64,000 nt of DNA, from assembly GCA_043821645.1 (NCBI GenBank), contig JBDRCO010000044.1, forward strand, positions 23,692-87,691, in the 5' to 3' direction. Under the pieces are notes generated by a model. It was not told the origin of the DNA. It saw nothing but the letters and a program-made list of their open reading frames with translations, and did not search any database. The stretch's first letter is position 1. Each line of letters begins with the position of its first letter. Source of the stretch: Pseudomonadota bacterium. Lineage in GTDB: Bacteria; Myxococcota; JACRCW01; JAFGSX01. The translations under genes were made by a program, and so were the position numbers. Shown one piece after another: positions 50,263 through 59,047 of this stretch.

Positions 50263-52401
50263 TCACCACACCATCATCTCGTCGTCACTCGGCAGCGATG
50301 GAATGCTCATGTTGACGATGTCCTGGTACAGGTTGTCCAGGTGGTTGATCTTGAGCCGCTGGTTGCTCAACGACAGCACGTAGTCGTCCATGACGATGCT
50401 GCGCTTGACGTTGGTCTGGGGATTCTGCCACCACGCCCCGCAGTTCCCGTCGCTGCTGTAGCCGTACTCGTCGGTGAACAGAGGATGGCTGACCCGGCCG
50501 TGCTCGGAGAAGCCATTCTCGACCGTGACGTCGTAGACCAGCAGACCGGCAAAGCTCATGTTGTCGCCGTAGCTGCTGCCACCGGAGCCGTCGTTGCAGA
50601 TGACCATGGGCAGGGACAGCAGGTCCCTGGGCGCGAAGTAGTTGAAGGCCAGGTGGTTGGCGCTGGCCTCGCTGGACGAGCCGCGGGTGCCGATGACGGT
50701 CTTGTGGGTCAGGGTCGGCTGCGCCAGGTTGCTGACGTCGAAGATCTGCAGCTGCAAGCCCTGGAACCAGGCGAAGTCACCCTCATCCTGGGCGTCGAAG
50801 CCAATGGTCAACAGGTGCGTGGGATCCATCATATGGATGTAGGTGGAGAAGCCCGGGATGTGCAGCTCGCCGACCACCCGCGGATGGCGAGGGTCGCTGA
50901 GGTCCAGGGTGAACAGCGGGTCGGTCTTCTTGAAGGTGACCAGGTAGCCCTTGTCGCCCACGAAGCGCGCCGAGCGAATGTCCTCGCTGCGCGCCAGCCC
51001 GGTGACGCTGCCCACCACCGCCATCTGGCCGTCCTGGGGCTCGAGCACGTAGACCGCGTTGGTGGCGTTCGAGAACAACTCGCCCGTGGTGGTGGCCATG
51101 CGCAGGAAGCCCTCGTACTCGCCCAGGGCAAACTGGTTGAGCACGCGGCCGGGCACGCTGCCGCTGGCGGTGTAGCGCGATCGCGCGGGCGTGGGATCCA
51201 GGGCGAAGCGGTGCACCATGCTGGCCTCGCTGCCCAGACCATCGAGGTCGAACCAGGGGCCGTTGTTCCAGTAATAGTGCGAGGTGACCAGGTACAGGTT
51301 GTTGCGCGAGGCGTAGATCGTGCCGCGCTCGCCGGTGATCGCGGTCGCATGCAGTTCGGCCTCGTCGTCGTCGAGATCCAGGGACAGCACGCCGATGACC
51401 TGGCTGCCGCCGGGCAGAGCCGGGGCGTAGAAGTTCTGGCAGGACTCGAAGGGATTGCCGCGCTCCTCGACACCGTCGTCACCCAGCACCCGATCCGTGA
51501 GCTGGGGCATCCAGTGCGACAGTGGTCGCTCGAGAATCTGCCGCCTGTTCTCCACGAACAGGGCGTAGAAGGCGTCGAAGATCTCGGCGCTGGAGCGGAA
51601 GCAGGGGTTGAAGTCGTTGGGCCAGGTTTGCAGGTAGGCGCCGCCGTAGGGCGAGCTGGAGCTGGATTCCGGGAAGGCGACCACGGTGTGCACGGCGTTG
51701 TCCAGGCGGCGCGCGTTGACGTAGCTGCCATGGGTGCGCAGTTCGCGGATCACCCGCGGTGCAGCCAGGTCCGAAATGTCGAGCACGGTGATCTTGAGGT
51801 CCCTCTCGGGTCGACAGCCGTACCAGGCATCCCAGTTGCAGCCCTCGCTGGCGCCGTCGCGCTCGAGCTTGGAGTACACCACGGCGCGCGTTCCGCGCAC
51901 GAACAGGCGGTGCGGCTGACCCTCGATGGTGGTGGTGGAGAGCTCGTGGGTGTCCTCGGGTGGCCACACGTCGAGGATCTTGAGCTGGTCGCCGGCCAGC
52001 AGGTAGACGGTCGAGGCATCGTTCTTGACGAAGTCCGCCTCATCCACGCCCTGCTCCTGGTTGTTGGTGGTCGAGTACTCCTGTGCGCCCCCGGCACTGT
52101 CCTCGCTCATCGAGGGCTGGGTGTCGTAGATGGGGAAGGACGGCCCGCACCATCGCGGTTGCAGGGCGCTCTCGATGCCTTGCACGATCTGCGCGCGCAT
52201 GGTTTCGACCGCGCTGGCGCGCAGCAGCCCGAGCAGGTCCTCGCAGTCTTCTGCCGGGCGCAGGGCGGCCTTGTAGTTGTTGTGGTTGCACAGGCCGGGA
52301 TACTCGTCGCAGGGGATCTGCGGGGTGCAGGCGTCGCCGCAAGCGGCCAGGCCCGCACAGGCCAGGGCCAGGATCATCAACTGCCATTCGTGTCGTGTCA
52401 T
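50263..52401 (-). CDS. Secreted beta-propeller domain lipoprotein (Beta_propel-type)
   Basis: LAAC lipobox; STTNNQEQGVDEADFVK, VPGRVLNQF, LRMATT, SARF.GDKGYLVTF..TDPLF, GELHIPGFSTYIH; RBS GGAGG. Confidence 0.88.
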   Translation of the reverse strand: MTRHEWQLMILALACAGLAACGDACTPQIPCDEYPGLCNHNNYKAALRPAEDCEDLLGLLRASAVETMRAQIVQGIESALQPRWCGPSFPIYDTQPSMSEDSAGGAQEYSTTNNQEQGVDEADFVKNDASTVYLLAGDQLKILDVWPPEDTHELSTTTIEGQPHRLFVRGTRAVVYSKLERDGASEGCNWDAWYGCRPERDLKITVLDISDLAAPRVIRELRTHGSYVNARRLDNAVHTVVAFPESSSSSPYGGAYLQTWPNDFNPCFRSSAEIFDAFYALFVENRRQILERPLSHWMPQLTDRVLGDDGVEERGNPFESCQNFYAPALPGGSQVIGVLSLDLDDDEAELHATAITGERGTIYASRNNLYLVTSHYYWNNGPWFDLDGLGSEASMVHRFALDPTPARSRYTASGSVPGRVLNQFALGEYEGFLRMATTTGELFSNATNAVYVLEPQDGQMAVVGSVTGLARSEDIRSARFVGDKGYLVTFKKTDPLFTLDLSDPRHPRVVGELHIPGFSTYIHMMDPTHLLTIGFDAQDEGDFAWFQGLQLQIFDVSNLAQPTLTHKTVIGTRGSSSEASANHLAFNYFAPRDLLSLPMVICNDGSGGSSYGDNMSFAGLLVYDVTVENGFSEHGRVSHPLFTDEYGYSSDGNCGAWWQNPQTNVKRSIVMDDYVLSLSNQRLKINHLDNLYQDIVNMSIPSLPSDDEMMVW

Positions 52402-52433
52402 GTTCCCTCCGCCGGTTGGCTGAGGGGAGCGAG

Positions 52434-52449
52434 AGCAGACTTTGTGCCG
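52434..52449 (-). promoter_or_regulatory. Putative sigma54 -24/-12 promoter for the beta-propeller gene
   Basis: Minus strand CGGCACAAAGTCTGCT (GG-N10-GC) 32 nt upstream of ATG 52401, preceded by a markedly AT-rich tract at 52450-52501. Confidence 0.6.
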
Positions 52450-52667
52450 TTTTTATAACCACATGTAAAAAAAGCGCTTTTCTGAATGTGTCGGATTTTT
52501 TCAGGTCTCGAGTGTCAGCCCTCGAGCGACAGGCCGGTCAGGCGTGAGGTGGGGACGCATCAGTGGCATCTCGCACAGGTCGCACAGCAAAAGCTTTGCG
52601 AGTTCCCGCGAACTAGCTATGTCCGGGAACGGAGTCCGAGGTTCAACCAGCGCGAGAGTCTCGACGC

Positions 52668-53717
52668 ATGCTCGCCCCGCCCATTCCCGATGACGAGCCC
52701 GCGCGTCTGCTGTCCTTGCAGGCACTCGAGCTGCTCGACACCCCGGCCGAGGAGCGCTTTGAGCGCATCACCCGCATCGCGCGTCGCGTGTTCGGTACCC
52801 CGATTGCCCTGGTCTCGCTGGTCGACGGGGCCAGGCAATGGTTCAAGTCCGCCCAGGGGATAGACGAGCAGGAGACCCCGCGCGAGGTGTCGTTCTGCGG
52901 GCACGCCATCCTCGACGACAGGGTCTTCGTGGTGCGGGACGCGTACGCCGATGAGCGCTTTGCCAGCAACCCCCTGGTCACCACGGGCCCCCATGTGCGG
53001 TTTTATGCGGGCTATCCGCTCCATTCCGTCAACGGCCATCGCGTCGGCACCCTGTGCGTGCTGGATCACGTCGAACGCCACTTTGACGACGAGGATGGGC
53101 GCGTCCTGAAGGACCTTGGCATCCTGGTCGAGCGGGAGATCGCGTACAGCCAGCTTGCCCGCAGCGAGCGCGCGCTGCGCCAGGAAATGCACGTGCTGGC
53201 CCGCCGCGCCACCATCGATCCGCTGACCCGGATGTGGAATCGAGAGCAGGGCCTGAGCCTGCTGGCCAGTGAGTATTCACGCGCCGTCCGCTCGAAGCAG
53301 CACCTGGCCGTGGCCATGATAGACATCGACAACTTCAAGCGCATCAACGACACCCACGGCCATCCCGTGGGCGACGAGGTCCTGCGCGGTGTCAGCGACA
53401 GGATGCGCCAGGCCCTGCGTCCCTATGACATCCTGTCGCGCTACGGTGGCGAGGAGTTCCTGATGCTCCTCGTCGATTGCACGCTGGAGCAGGCCCAGGA
53501 CGCGGTCGAGCGATTGCGGCGAAATGTGGCATGCAGTGGTCTGCGCACCAGTGCTGGCGACCTGCAGGTCACCGTCAGCGTCGGGCTGTGGGCCGCCATT
53601 CCCGATGACCACAGCGAGGCGGGGCACGCCGTCATGGTCGCGGACCGGGCCCTGTACCGGGCCAAGGCTGAGGGGCGCAATCGCGTGAGCCTGGCCACGA
53701 GCGACCTTCCGACCTGA
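52668..53717 (+). CDS. GAF-GGDEF diguanylate cyclase
   Basis: GAF (LDTPAEERF, QWFKS, SFCGHAI, RFYAG.PL); DPLT, DIDNFK.INDTHGH..GD, RPYD I-site, RYGGEEF, AD.ALY.AK..GRN. Confidence 0.95.
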   Translation: MLAPPIPDDEPARLLSLQALELLDTPAEERFERITRIARRVFGTPIALVSLVDGARQWFKSAQGIDEQETPREVSFCGHAILDDRVFVVRDAYADERFASNPLVTTGPHVRFYAGYPLHSVNGHRVGTLCVLDHVERHFDDEDGRVLKDLGILVEREIAYSQLARSERALRQEMHVLARRATIDPLTRMWNREQGLSLLASEYSRAVRSKQHLAVAMIDIDNFKRINDTHGHPVGDEVLRGVSDRMRQALRPYDILSRYGGEEFLMLLVDCTLEQAQDAVERLRRNVACSGLRTSAGDLQVTVSVGLWAAIPDDHSEAGHAVMVADRALYRAKAEGRNRVSLATSDLPT

Positions 53718-53778
53718 TTCCACGCCTACCCTGAGCCGCCGTGACAGGCTATCCTGGCCGCCGCCACGGAGGCCGAGC

Positions 53779-54396
53779 ATGTGGGGTCCATGGATCTGGA
53801 ATAGCTGGGCGCCTGTCTACGAGCGACTGTGGGTGCAGGACTGGGTGCTGGGCAAGACCCGCGATGCCGTTCGCCAGCGCCTGCACGAGGTCGGTGGCGA
53901 CGCGCGGAGTGTGCTCGACGTGGGCTGTGGCACGGGCCAGCTTCTCGACGAGATCGCGCAGCTCAGGCCTGGTTTGCAGCTCCATGGGCTGGACCCCTCG
54001 TCTGCCATGATCGCGCAAGCGCGGCAACGCCATGGTCGCGTTGACTACCGCGTGGGACGCCTGTGCGACGAGGACAGAGGTCCCTTTGACCTCGTGTGCA
54101 TGTGCAATGCGTTCCCCTACGTGAGTGATCACGATCGGGCGGCGCGGGAGCTGTTCCGGCTGACCCGGCCCGGTGGCCGCTGCTGGATCGTGCAGGGCAA
54201 CACCGAGACCCTGTATGACGTCCTGGGGCTGGCGGTGATCAAGCTCACCGTGAGCCGCTCGACCTACCACTCGGCGCGCGAGCTGCATGCCATCTTCTGC
54301 GCCGCGGGTTTCGACGAGAGCGTGACCCGCATGATCGACAAGGCTCTGTGGCTTCCAAGTGTCCAGCTGTGCGAGTTTGTGCGCCCGGTGGAGTGA
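53779..54396 (+). CDS. Class I SAM-dependent methyltransferase
   Basis: VLDVGCGTG, GLDPSSAM, FDLV, RPGG; RBS GGAGG. Confidence 0.88.
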   Translation: MWGPWIWNSWAPVYERLWVQDWVLGKTRDAVRQRLHEVGGDARSVLDVGCGTGQLLDEIAQLRPGLQLHGLDPSSAMIAQARQRHGRVDYRVGRLCDEDRGPFDLVCMCNAFPYVSDHDRAARELFRLTRPGGRCWIVQGNTETLYDVLGLAVIKLTVSRSTYHSARELHAIFCAAGFDESVTRMIDKALWLPSVQLCEFVRPVE

Positions 54397-54443
54397 AGGT
54401 GCTGCGCCCGAAGCGAGCACGAACATGCGGCAGGGGGATGGTC

Positions 54444-56072
54444 ATGCGATGGCGTCAGTGGATTCTTGTCGTGGTGTTCTGGCTGCTGGGGAGCCCGATG
54501 CAGGCCGCCGAAGTGCTGCTGATTGACGACGCTCTCAACGGGGCCACCCTCGGCACCCAGGAAGGTGGCACCTTCACCGGCGGTGGCTGGCAGGCCGAGG
54601 CTGGAAACGTGCGCATCACCTATGACCTGGGCCAGACCTATGCCCAGGGCCGCTTCGAGGTGGACCTGACCAACTTCGAGCCCTGCTCGCAGCCCAACAA
54701 CGAGAAGTGCCACATCCTGAGCATGTGGCAGAGCAGCAACCAGTACCGCGACAGCTCGGCCGCGGCGGACGAGTCGCACTGGATCGTGCGCACGGGTACC
54801 GGCTACTTCCCGCCGGCGTCCACCGACTGCCACTACAAGCTGCTGACGCGCTCGCAGGGACCGGAGGATCTGACCTCGGGCTACGAGGAGCGCATTGATC
54901 ACGACTTCGTCGACGCCAGCGGCACCACCTACCACTACGAGCTGAGCTGGGAGCCGACAGGGCGCGTGGTGCTCAAGCGCGATGGCAATGTGCTGTACGA
55001 CCACAGCCACGGCGCGCCGGTCCTGCTGCGCTACCTGCTGGTGGGGCGCGACCGCGAGCCCAAGCCCAACTACGGTGAGCAACCCGGGGTCCTCTACAAG
55101 AACGTCAAGGTCACCGTCGAGGATCAGAGCGGCAGCGGCGGGGATGGCGGCGTCGGCCCGGCGGATGCGGCCACGTCCGACGCGGGCGGCGGCCTGCAGC
55201 AGATCCTGCTCCCCCCCATCGATGACACCTTTGCCGATCCTCTGAACCCGGACCAGGTGCACGGCAGCGAGCCCACGGTGCAGGTCGGGGGCGACGGCAG
55301 CGACGGCATCGGTCGCACCATCTACTTCAAGTTCGACCTGACCGGCGTGACCGGAGTCGTGCAGCAGGCGCGGCTGCACCTGCGCGCCACCAACGCGGGC
55401 TGGGGTGGTGCCGTGGTGTCGGTGCCCGACAGCACCTGGTCCGAGTCCACCCTGACCTGGAACAACAGGCCCATGATGGGCGCGGCCCTGTACGACCAGG
55501 CCGGGGCCGTGGTCATCGATGACAGCTATGCCCTGGATGTGACGGCGGCCATGTGGCTCGGCGCGTCGGTGTCCATGGCCATGATCTCCACCGCCAATGA
55601 CGGCGCAGCCTACGGCAGCAAGGAGAACCCCGACCTGTCGACCCGGCCTGTGCTTGAACTGGTGATACTGCCAGGCAGCCGACCCGATGCAGGGCCGCCG
55701 CAGGATGTGTGTACCTGCGCAGACGCCTGGGCGCCGGAGCCGGACGCCGCAGGACTCGATACGGCCCATCCAGACACCGCCGCGCTCGTGGATCATGCCG
55801 TCGCCGATAGCTCGGCTGCCGATACACGCCCCCCTGACGGGGCGCAGGCCGACGCCAGGTTACAGGACAGCGCCAGCCAGGCGGATGCCAGCACAAGCTG
55901 CCAGCGCAACGGGGAATGCCCACAGGGTGAGATCTGCGTCAGCTTCCAGTGCCAGCCCGAGGCCGTGGCCGACCCGGGTTGTGGCTGTGCGATGCGCCGT
56001 GACTCCGCCGTAACATTGCTGGGTCCGGGGCTGCTTCTGCTGGGCCTGGGCCTGTGTCGACGCCGCGTGTAA
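54444..56072 (+). CDS. Secreted protein with DNRLRE/CBM96-like domain and MYXO-CTERM-like tail
   Basis: Signal peptide; DDTF, YFKFDL, ARLHL, WSESTLTWNNRP, DVT, SKE...RPVL; C-terminus GCGC + hydrophobic stretch + RRR. Confidence 0.75.
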   Translation: MRWRQWILVVVFWLLGSPMQAAEVLLIDDALNGATLGTQEGGTFTGGGWQAEAGNVRITYDLGQTYAQGRFEVDLTNFEPCSQPNNEKCHILSMWQSSNQYRDSSAAADESHWIVRTGTGYFPPASTDCHYKLLTRSQGPEDLTSGYEERIDHDFVDASGTTYHYELSWEPTGRVVLKRDGNVLYDHSHGAPVLLRYLLVGRDREPKPNYGEQPGVLYKNVKVTVEDQSGSGGDGGVGPADAATSDAGGGLQQILLPPIDDTFADPLNPDQVHGSEPTVQVGGDGSDGIGRTIYFKFDLTGVTGVVQQARLHLRATNAGWGGAVVSVPDSTWSESTLTWNNRPMMGAALYDQAGAVVIDDSYALDVTAAMWLGASVSMAMISTANDGAAYGSKENPDLSTRPVLELVILPGSRPDAGPPQDVCTCADAWAPEPDAAGLDTAHPDTAALVDHAVADSSAADTRPPDGAQADARLQDSASQADASTSCQRNGECPQGEICVSFQCQPEAVADPGCGCAMRRDSAVTLLGPGLLLLGLGLCRRRV

Positions 56073-56115
56073 GCCGCGCTCGCTCCGCCCGCGGCCGGGG
56101 TGCTACAACCCCCGC

Positions 56116-57483
56116 ATGAAGGTCCTGCTGGTCAGGCCTGCGCCCTCGCCCGAGACCATAGGGTTGCAGCACGTGATGGTGGTCGAACCCCTCGAACTCG
56201 AGGTGCTGGCCGCCCTGCGCGGGCCAGGCGATCAGGTTTTTCTGGCCGACCTGCTGGTCGAGCCACGGCCCCTGTCGTGGTTTCTCAAGCAGCATCGCCC
56301 GGACCTGGTGGCGGTGACGGGCTACATCACCAACGTGCCTGCCATGGTGAGGCTGTGCCGTGAGAGCAAGCAGTTTGACGCGCGAACGCGCACGGTGGTG
56401 GGCGGCGTGCACGTCGAGGTCTGCCCCGAGCACCTCGATCATCCGGCGGTGGATTTTCGCATCGTGCGCAATGCCACACGGGCTTTCCCCGCCCTGCTCG
56501 ACCACCTGCGCGGCCAGGGTGACGTGCCGCCAGGTGTCCTGGTCCGGGGGCAGCGCCTCGACGAGGTCGAGCTTCCAGAGTTTGACTTCTATTATCCGAA
56601 ACCCGATCGCAGCCTGACCGCGCACCAGCGCGATCACTACTTCTATATCTTTCACGATCATGTGGCGCTGCTGAAGACCGCCTTTGGCTGTCCCTTCAAG
56701 TGCACCTTCTGCTACTGCCGCGCCATCACCGACGACCGCTACCACCCCCGTCCCGTCGACGAGGTGCTGGACGAGCTACAGGAGATCCGCGAGCGCGAGA
56801 TCTACATCGTCGATGATGACTTTCTGATCTCGGTTGAAAGGTTGACCGCCTTTCTCGATGGGCTGCGGCAACGCGGCCTCGACAAGAGCTTTCTGATCTA
56901 CGGTCGCGCTGATTTCATCGCCCGCAACCCGGCTATCCTTCGGCGCTTCAGGTCCCAGGGTCTGCGCACCGTGATCATCGGCTTCGAGAGTTTTCGTGAT
57001 CAGGACCTGGACGGCTACAACAAGCGCACGGACTTCTCGCTCAACGTCGAGGCCATGCGTCTGTGCCGCGAGCTGGGCATCGATGTCTTTGCCACCATCG
57101 TGGTGCCGCCGAGCTGGACGCGTGAGGATTTCGCGTTCCACGGCACCAAGTTCAAGCAACTTGGTATCCAGTACGTCAATCTGCAGCCGCTGACACCGCT
57201 GCCAGGGACCGGCCTCCACGTCGAGGACAGGGACCTGCTGCTGGCGCCTGGAGACTTCGAGCGCTGGGATCTGGCCCACGTGGCGGTGCGGCCGCAGCAC
57301 CTGTCGGTGGCCGAGTTCTACCAGCAGCTGATCAAGCTCTACATGGTCACGCTGTACCAGCCGCGCTATCTGAGGAGCTATCTCAAGTATCCGCGGCGCA
57401 TGATGGGCAAGATGCTGGCGGGTACCTGGCGCGTGCGCCGGCAATACCTGGACAAGCTGCGCGAGGCGAAGAGGTTTGGCTAG
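56116..57483 (+). CDS. B12-binding domain radical SAM protein, paralog of 48859..50235
   Basis: EPLELE, VVGGVH, KTAFGCPFKCTFC, VDDDF, IGFES, TPLPGT. Confidence 0.92.
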   Translation: MKVLLVRPAPSPETIGLQHVMVVEPLELEVLAALRGPGDQVFLADLLVEPRPLSWFLKQHRPDLVAVTGYITNVPAMVRLCRESKQFDARTRTVVGGVHVEVCPEHLDHPAVDFRIVRNATRAFPALLDHLRGQGDVPPGVLVRGQRLDEVELPEFDFYYPKPDRSLTAHQRDHYFYIFHDHVALLKTAFGCPFKCTFCYCRAITDDRYHPRPVDEVLDELQEIREREIYIVDDDFLISVERLTAFLDGLRQRGLDKSFLIYGRADFIARNPAILRRFRSQGLRTVIIGFESFRDQDLDGYNKRTDFSLNVEAMRLCRELGIDVFATIVVPPSWTREDFAFHGTKFKQLGIQYVNLQPLTPLPGTGLHVEDRDLLLAPGDFERWDLAHVAVRPQHLSVAEFYQQLIKLYMVTLYQPRYLRSYLKYPRRMMGKMLAGTWRVRRQYLDKLREAKRFG

Positions 57484-57515
57484 TTTCGCTGGTGCCGTGC
57501 GCGAGGGGTGGCGTG

Positions 57516-58838
57516 ATGCCAAAGATCCTCTTCATCCAGCCCACCCAGTACGCCAGCGACGGAACGCTGTGCAAGCAGCGGCGCATCTTCTTGCCCGGTC
57601 TGGCCTTCCCCCTGCTCGCTGCGCTGACGCCGGATCACTGGGAGGTCGAGGTCTGTCTCGAGGTGGTCGACGACGTGGACTGGGACACGGACGCGGACAT
57701 CGTGGCCATAGGCACCATGGGCCACGCGGCGCTGCACGGGCTCGAGATCGCAAAAAAGTTCAAGGCGCGTGGCAAGACCGTGGTCATGGGTGGCTACATG
57801 GCCAGCATGGTCGTGGACACCGCGCTCACCGTCGTCGACAGCGTGGTCAGGGGGGACGCCGAGATCTCCTACCCGGCCTTGCTGTGCGACTTCGAGCGCA
57901 CCGGTCGCCTCGCGCGCGTCTACGATAACCCGGTGGCGGACCTCAACGGCCTGCCCCTGCCGCGCTACGAGCTGCTGCTCGACAAGCCCATCGGTGACAT
58001 GCTGCCCGTGATGGCGGGCCGCGGCTGCCCGCACCTGTGCAGCTTCTGTTCCATCGCCTGCGTCTACCAGGGGCGCTACCTGACGCGGCGACTGGACGAG
58101 GTGCTGCGCGATATCGAACAGGTGCGACGCCTGGGCTTTGACCGCTTCTACCTCATCGACGACAACATCGTGGGCAACCCCGGCTTCCTGGAGCAGCTGA
58201 GCGAGGAGATCGCGCCCCTCGGCATGCGCTGGTCGAGCCAGTGCTCGCTGCAACTTGCGCGCAACCCGCGCCTGCTCGAGAAAGTCGCGGCCTCAGGGTG
58301 CGAGATCCTCAGCTTTGGTCTCGAGAGCATCTCGCAGGACAACCTGGACTCGCTGCAGAAGCAGTGGGTCAAGGTGGATGAGCACGAAGCTCTGCTCGGT
58401 CGCATCGCGGGCGCTGGCATCGTGCCGTCGACGGAGATGATGGTGGGGCTGGACTCGGACACCGAGGACAGCATTCGCGCCACCCTGGAGTTCGTGGAGC
58501 GAAACCAGATCCCCATTCCGCGCTACTACATTTTGACACCCATGCCTGGATCCGAGCTGTATCAGGAGTTCCGTCGCGACGGGCGGCTGGTCCACGAGGA
58601 CTGGGCGCGCTACACCGGCACCGAGGCCGTGCATCGTCCGGCTCTCATGAGCCCCGAGATGCTTACCGAGATGTACTGGTGGATCAACCGCCAGACCTTC
58701 TCGCTGCGCAGCATCTTCAAGCGCATCGTGACCAATCGCATGCTGTGGAAGAACCCCTTCATGCTGGCCTTCAGCCTCGTCGTCAACCTGCACTACCGGC
58801 GCTATGTACGGCGGGGTGTGACGCCGAACATATTTTGA
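57516..58838 (+). CDS. B12-binding domain radical SAM protein
   Basis: LLAALTP, VVMGG, GDAE, GRGCPHLCSFC, IDDNI, FGLES, LTPMPGS. Confidence 0.92.
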   Translation: MPKILFIQPTQYASDGTLCKQRRIFLPGLAFPLLAALTPDHWEVEVCLEVVDDVDWDTDADIVAIGTMGHAALHGLEIAKKFKARGKTVVMGGYMASMVVDTALTVVDSVVRGDAEISYPALLCDFERTGRLARVYDNPVADLNGLPLPRYELLLDKPIGDMLPVMAGRGCPHLCSFCSIACVYQGRYLTRRLDEVLRDIEQVRRLGFDRFYLIDDNIVGNPGFLEQLSEEIAPLGMRWSSQCSLQLARNPRLLEKVAASGCEILSFGLESISQDNLDSLQKQWVKVDEHEALLGRIAGAGIVPSTEMMVGLDSDTEDSIRATLEFVERNQIPIPRYYILTPMPGSELYQEFRRDGRLVHEDWARYTGTEAVHRPALMSPEMLTEMYWWINRQTFSLRSIFKRIVTNRMLWKNPFMLAFSLVVNLHYRRYVRRGVTPNIF

Positions 58839-58843
58839 TCAAG

Positions 58844-58925
58844 GGGGGCGTCGGTCGCTCGATTCTTTCTGAGGGTCTGTCGGGCAGACCCTCCCCCGTC
58901 GGGAGTGAATCCCGCCGGGGCCCCC
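58844..58925. other. Intergenic double-hairpin element (REP-like or structured 3' UTR)
   Basis: GAGGGTCTG-N5-CAGACCCTC (58871-58893) immediately followed by CCCCG-T-CGGGA-GTGAA-TCCCG-C-CGGGG (58894-58920). Confidence 0.5.
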
Positions 58926-59047
58926 TCCTAACCAGCGCTGTCAGAGACACCTCGCGGCGCTTCGCTTGCTCGGTGCCAAGGGCGTTGTCTTGGGCGTCGG
59001 GCGCGCGGTAATCTGCGTCGCGCGAGAACCCGCGCTACAATGTGGCA

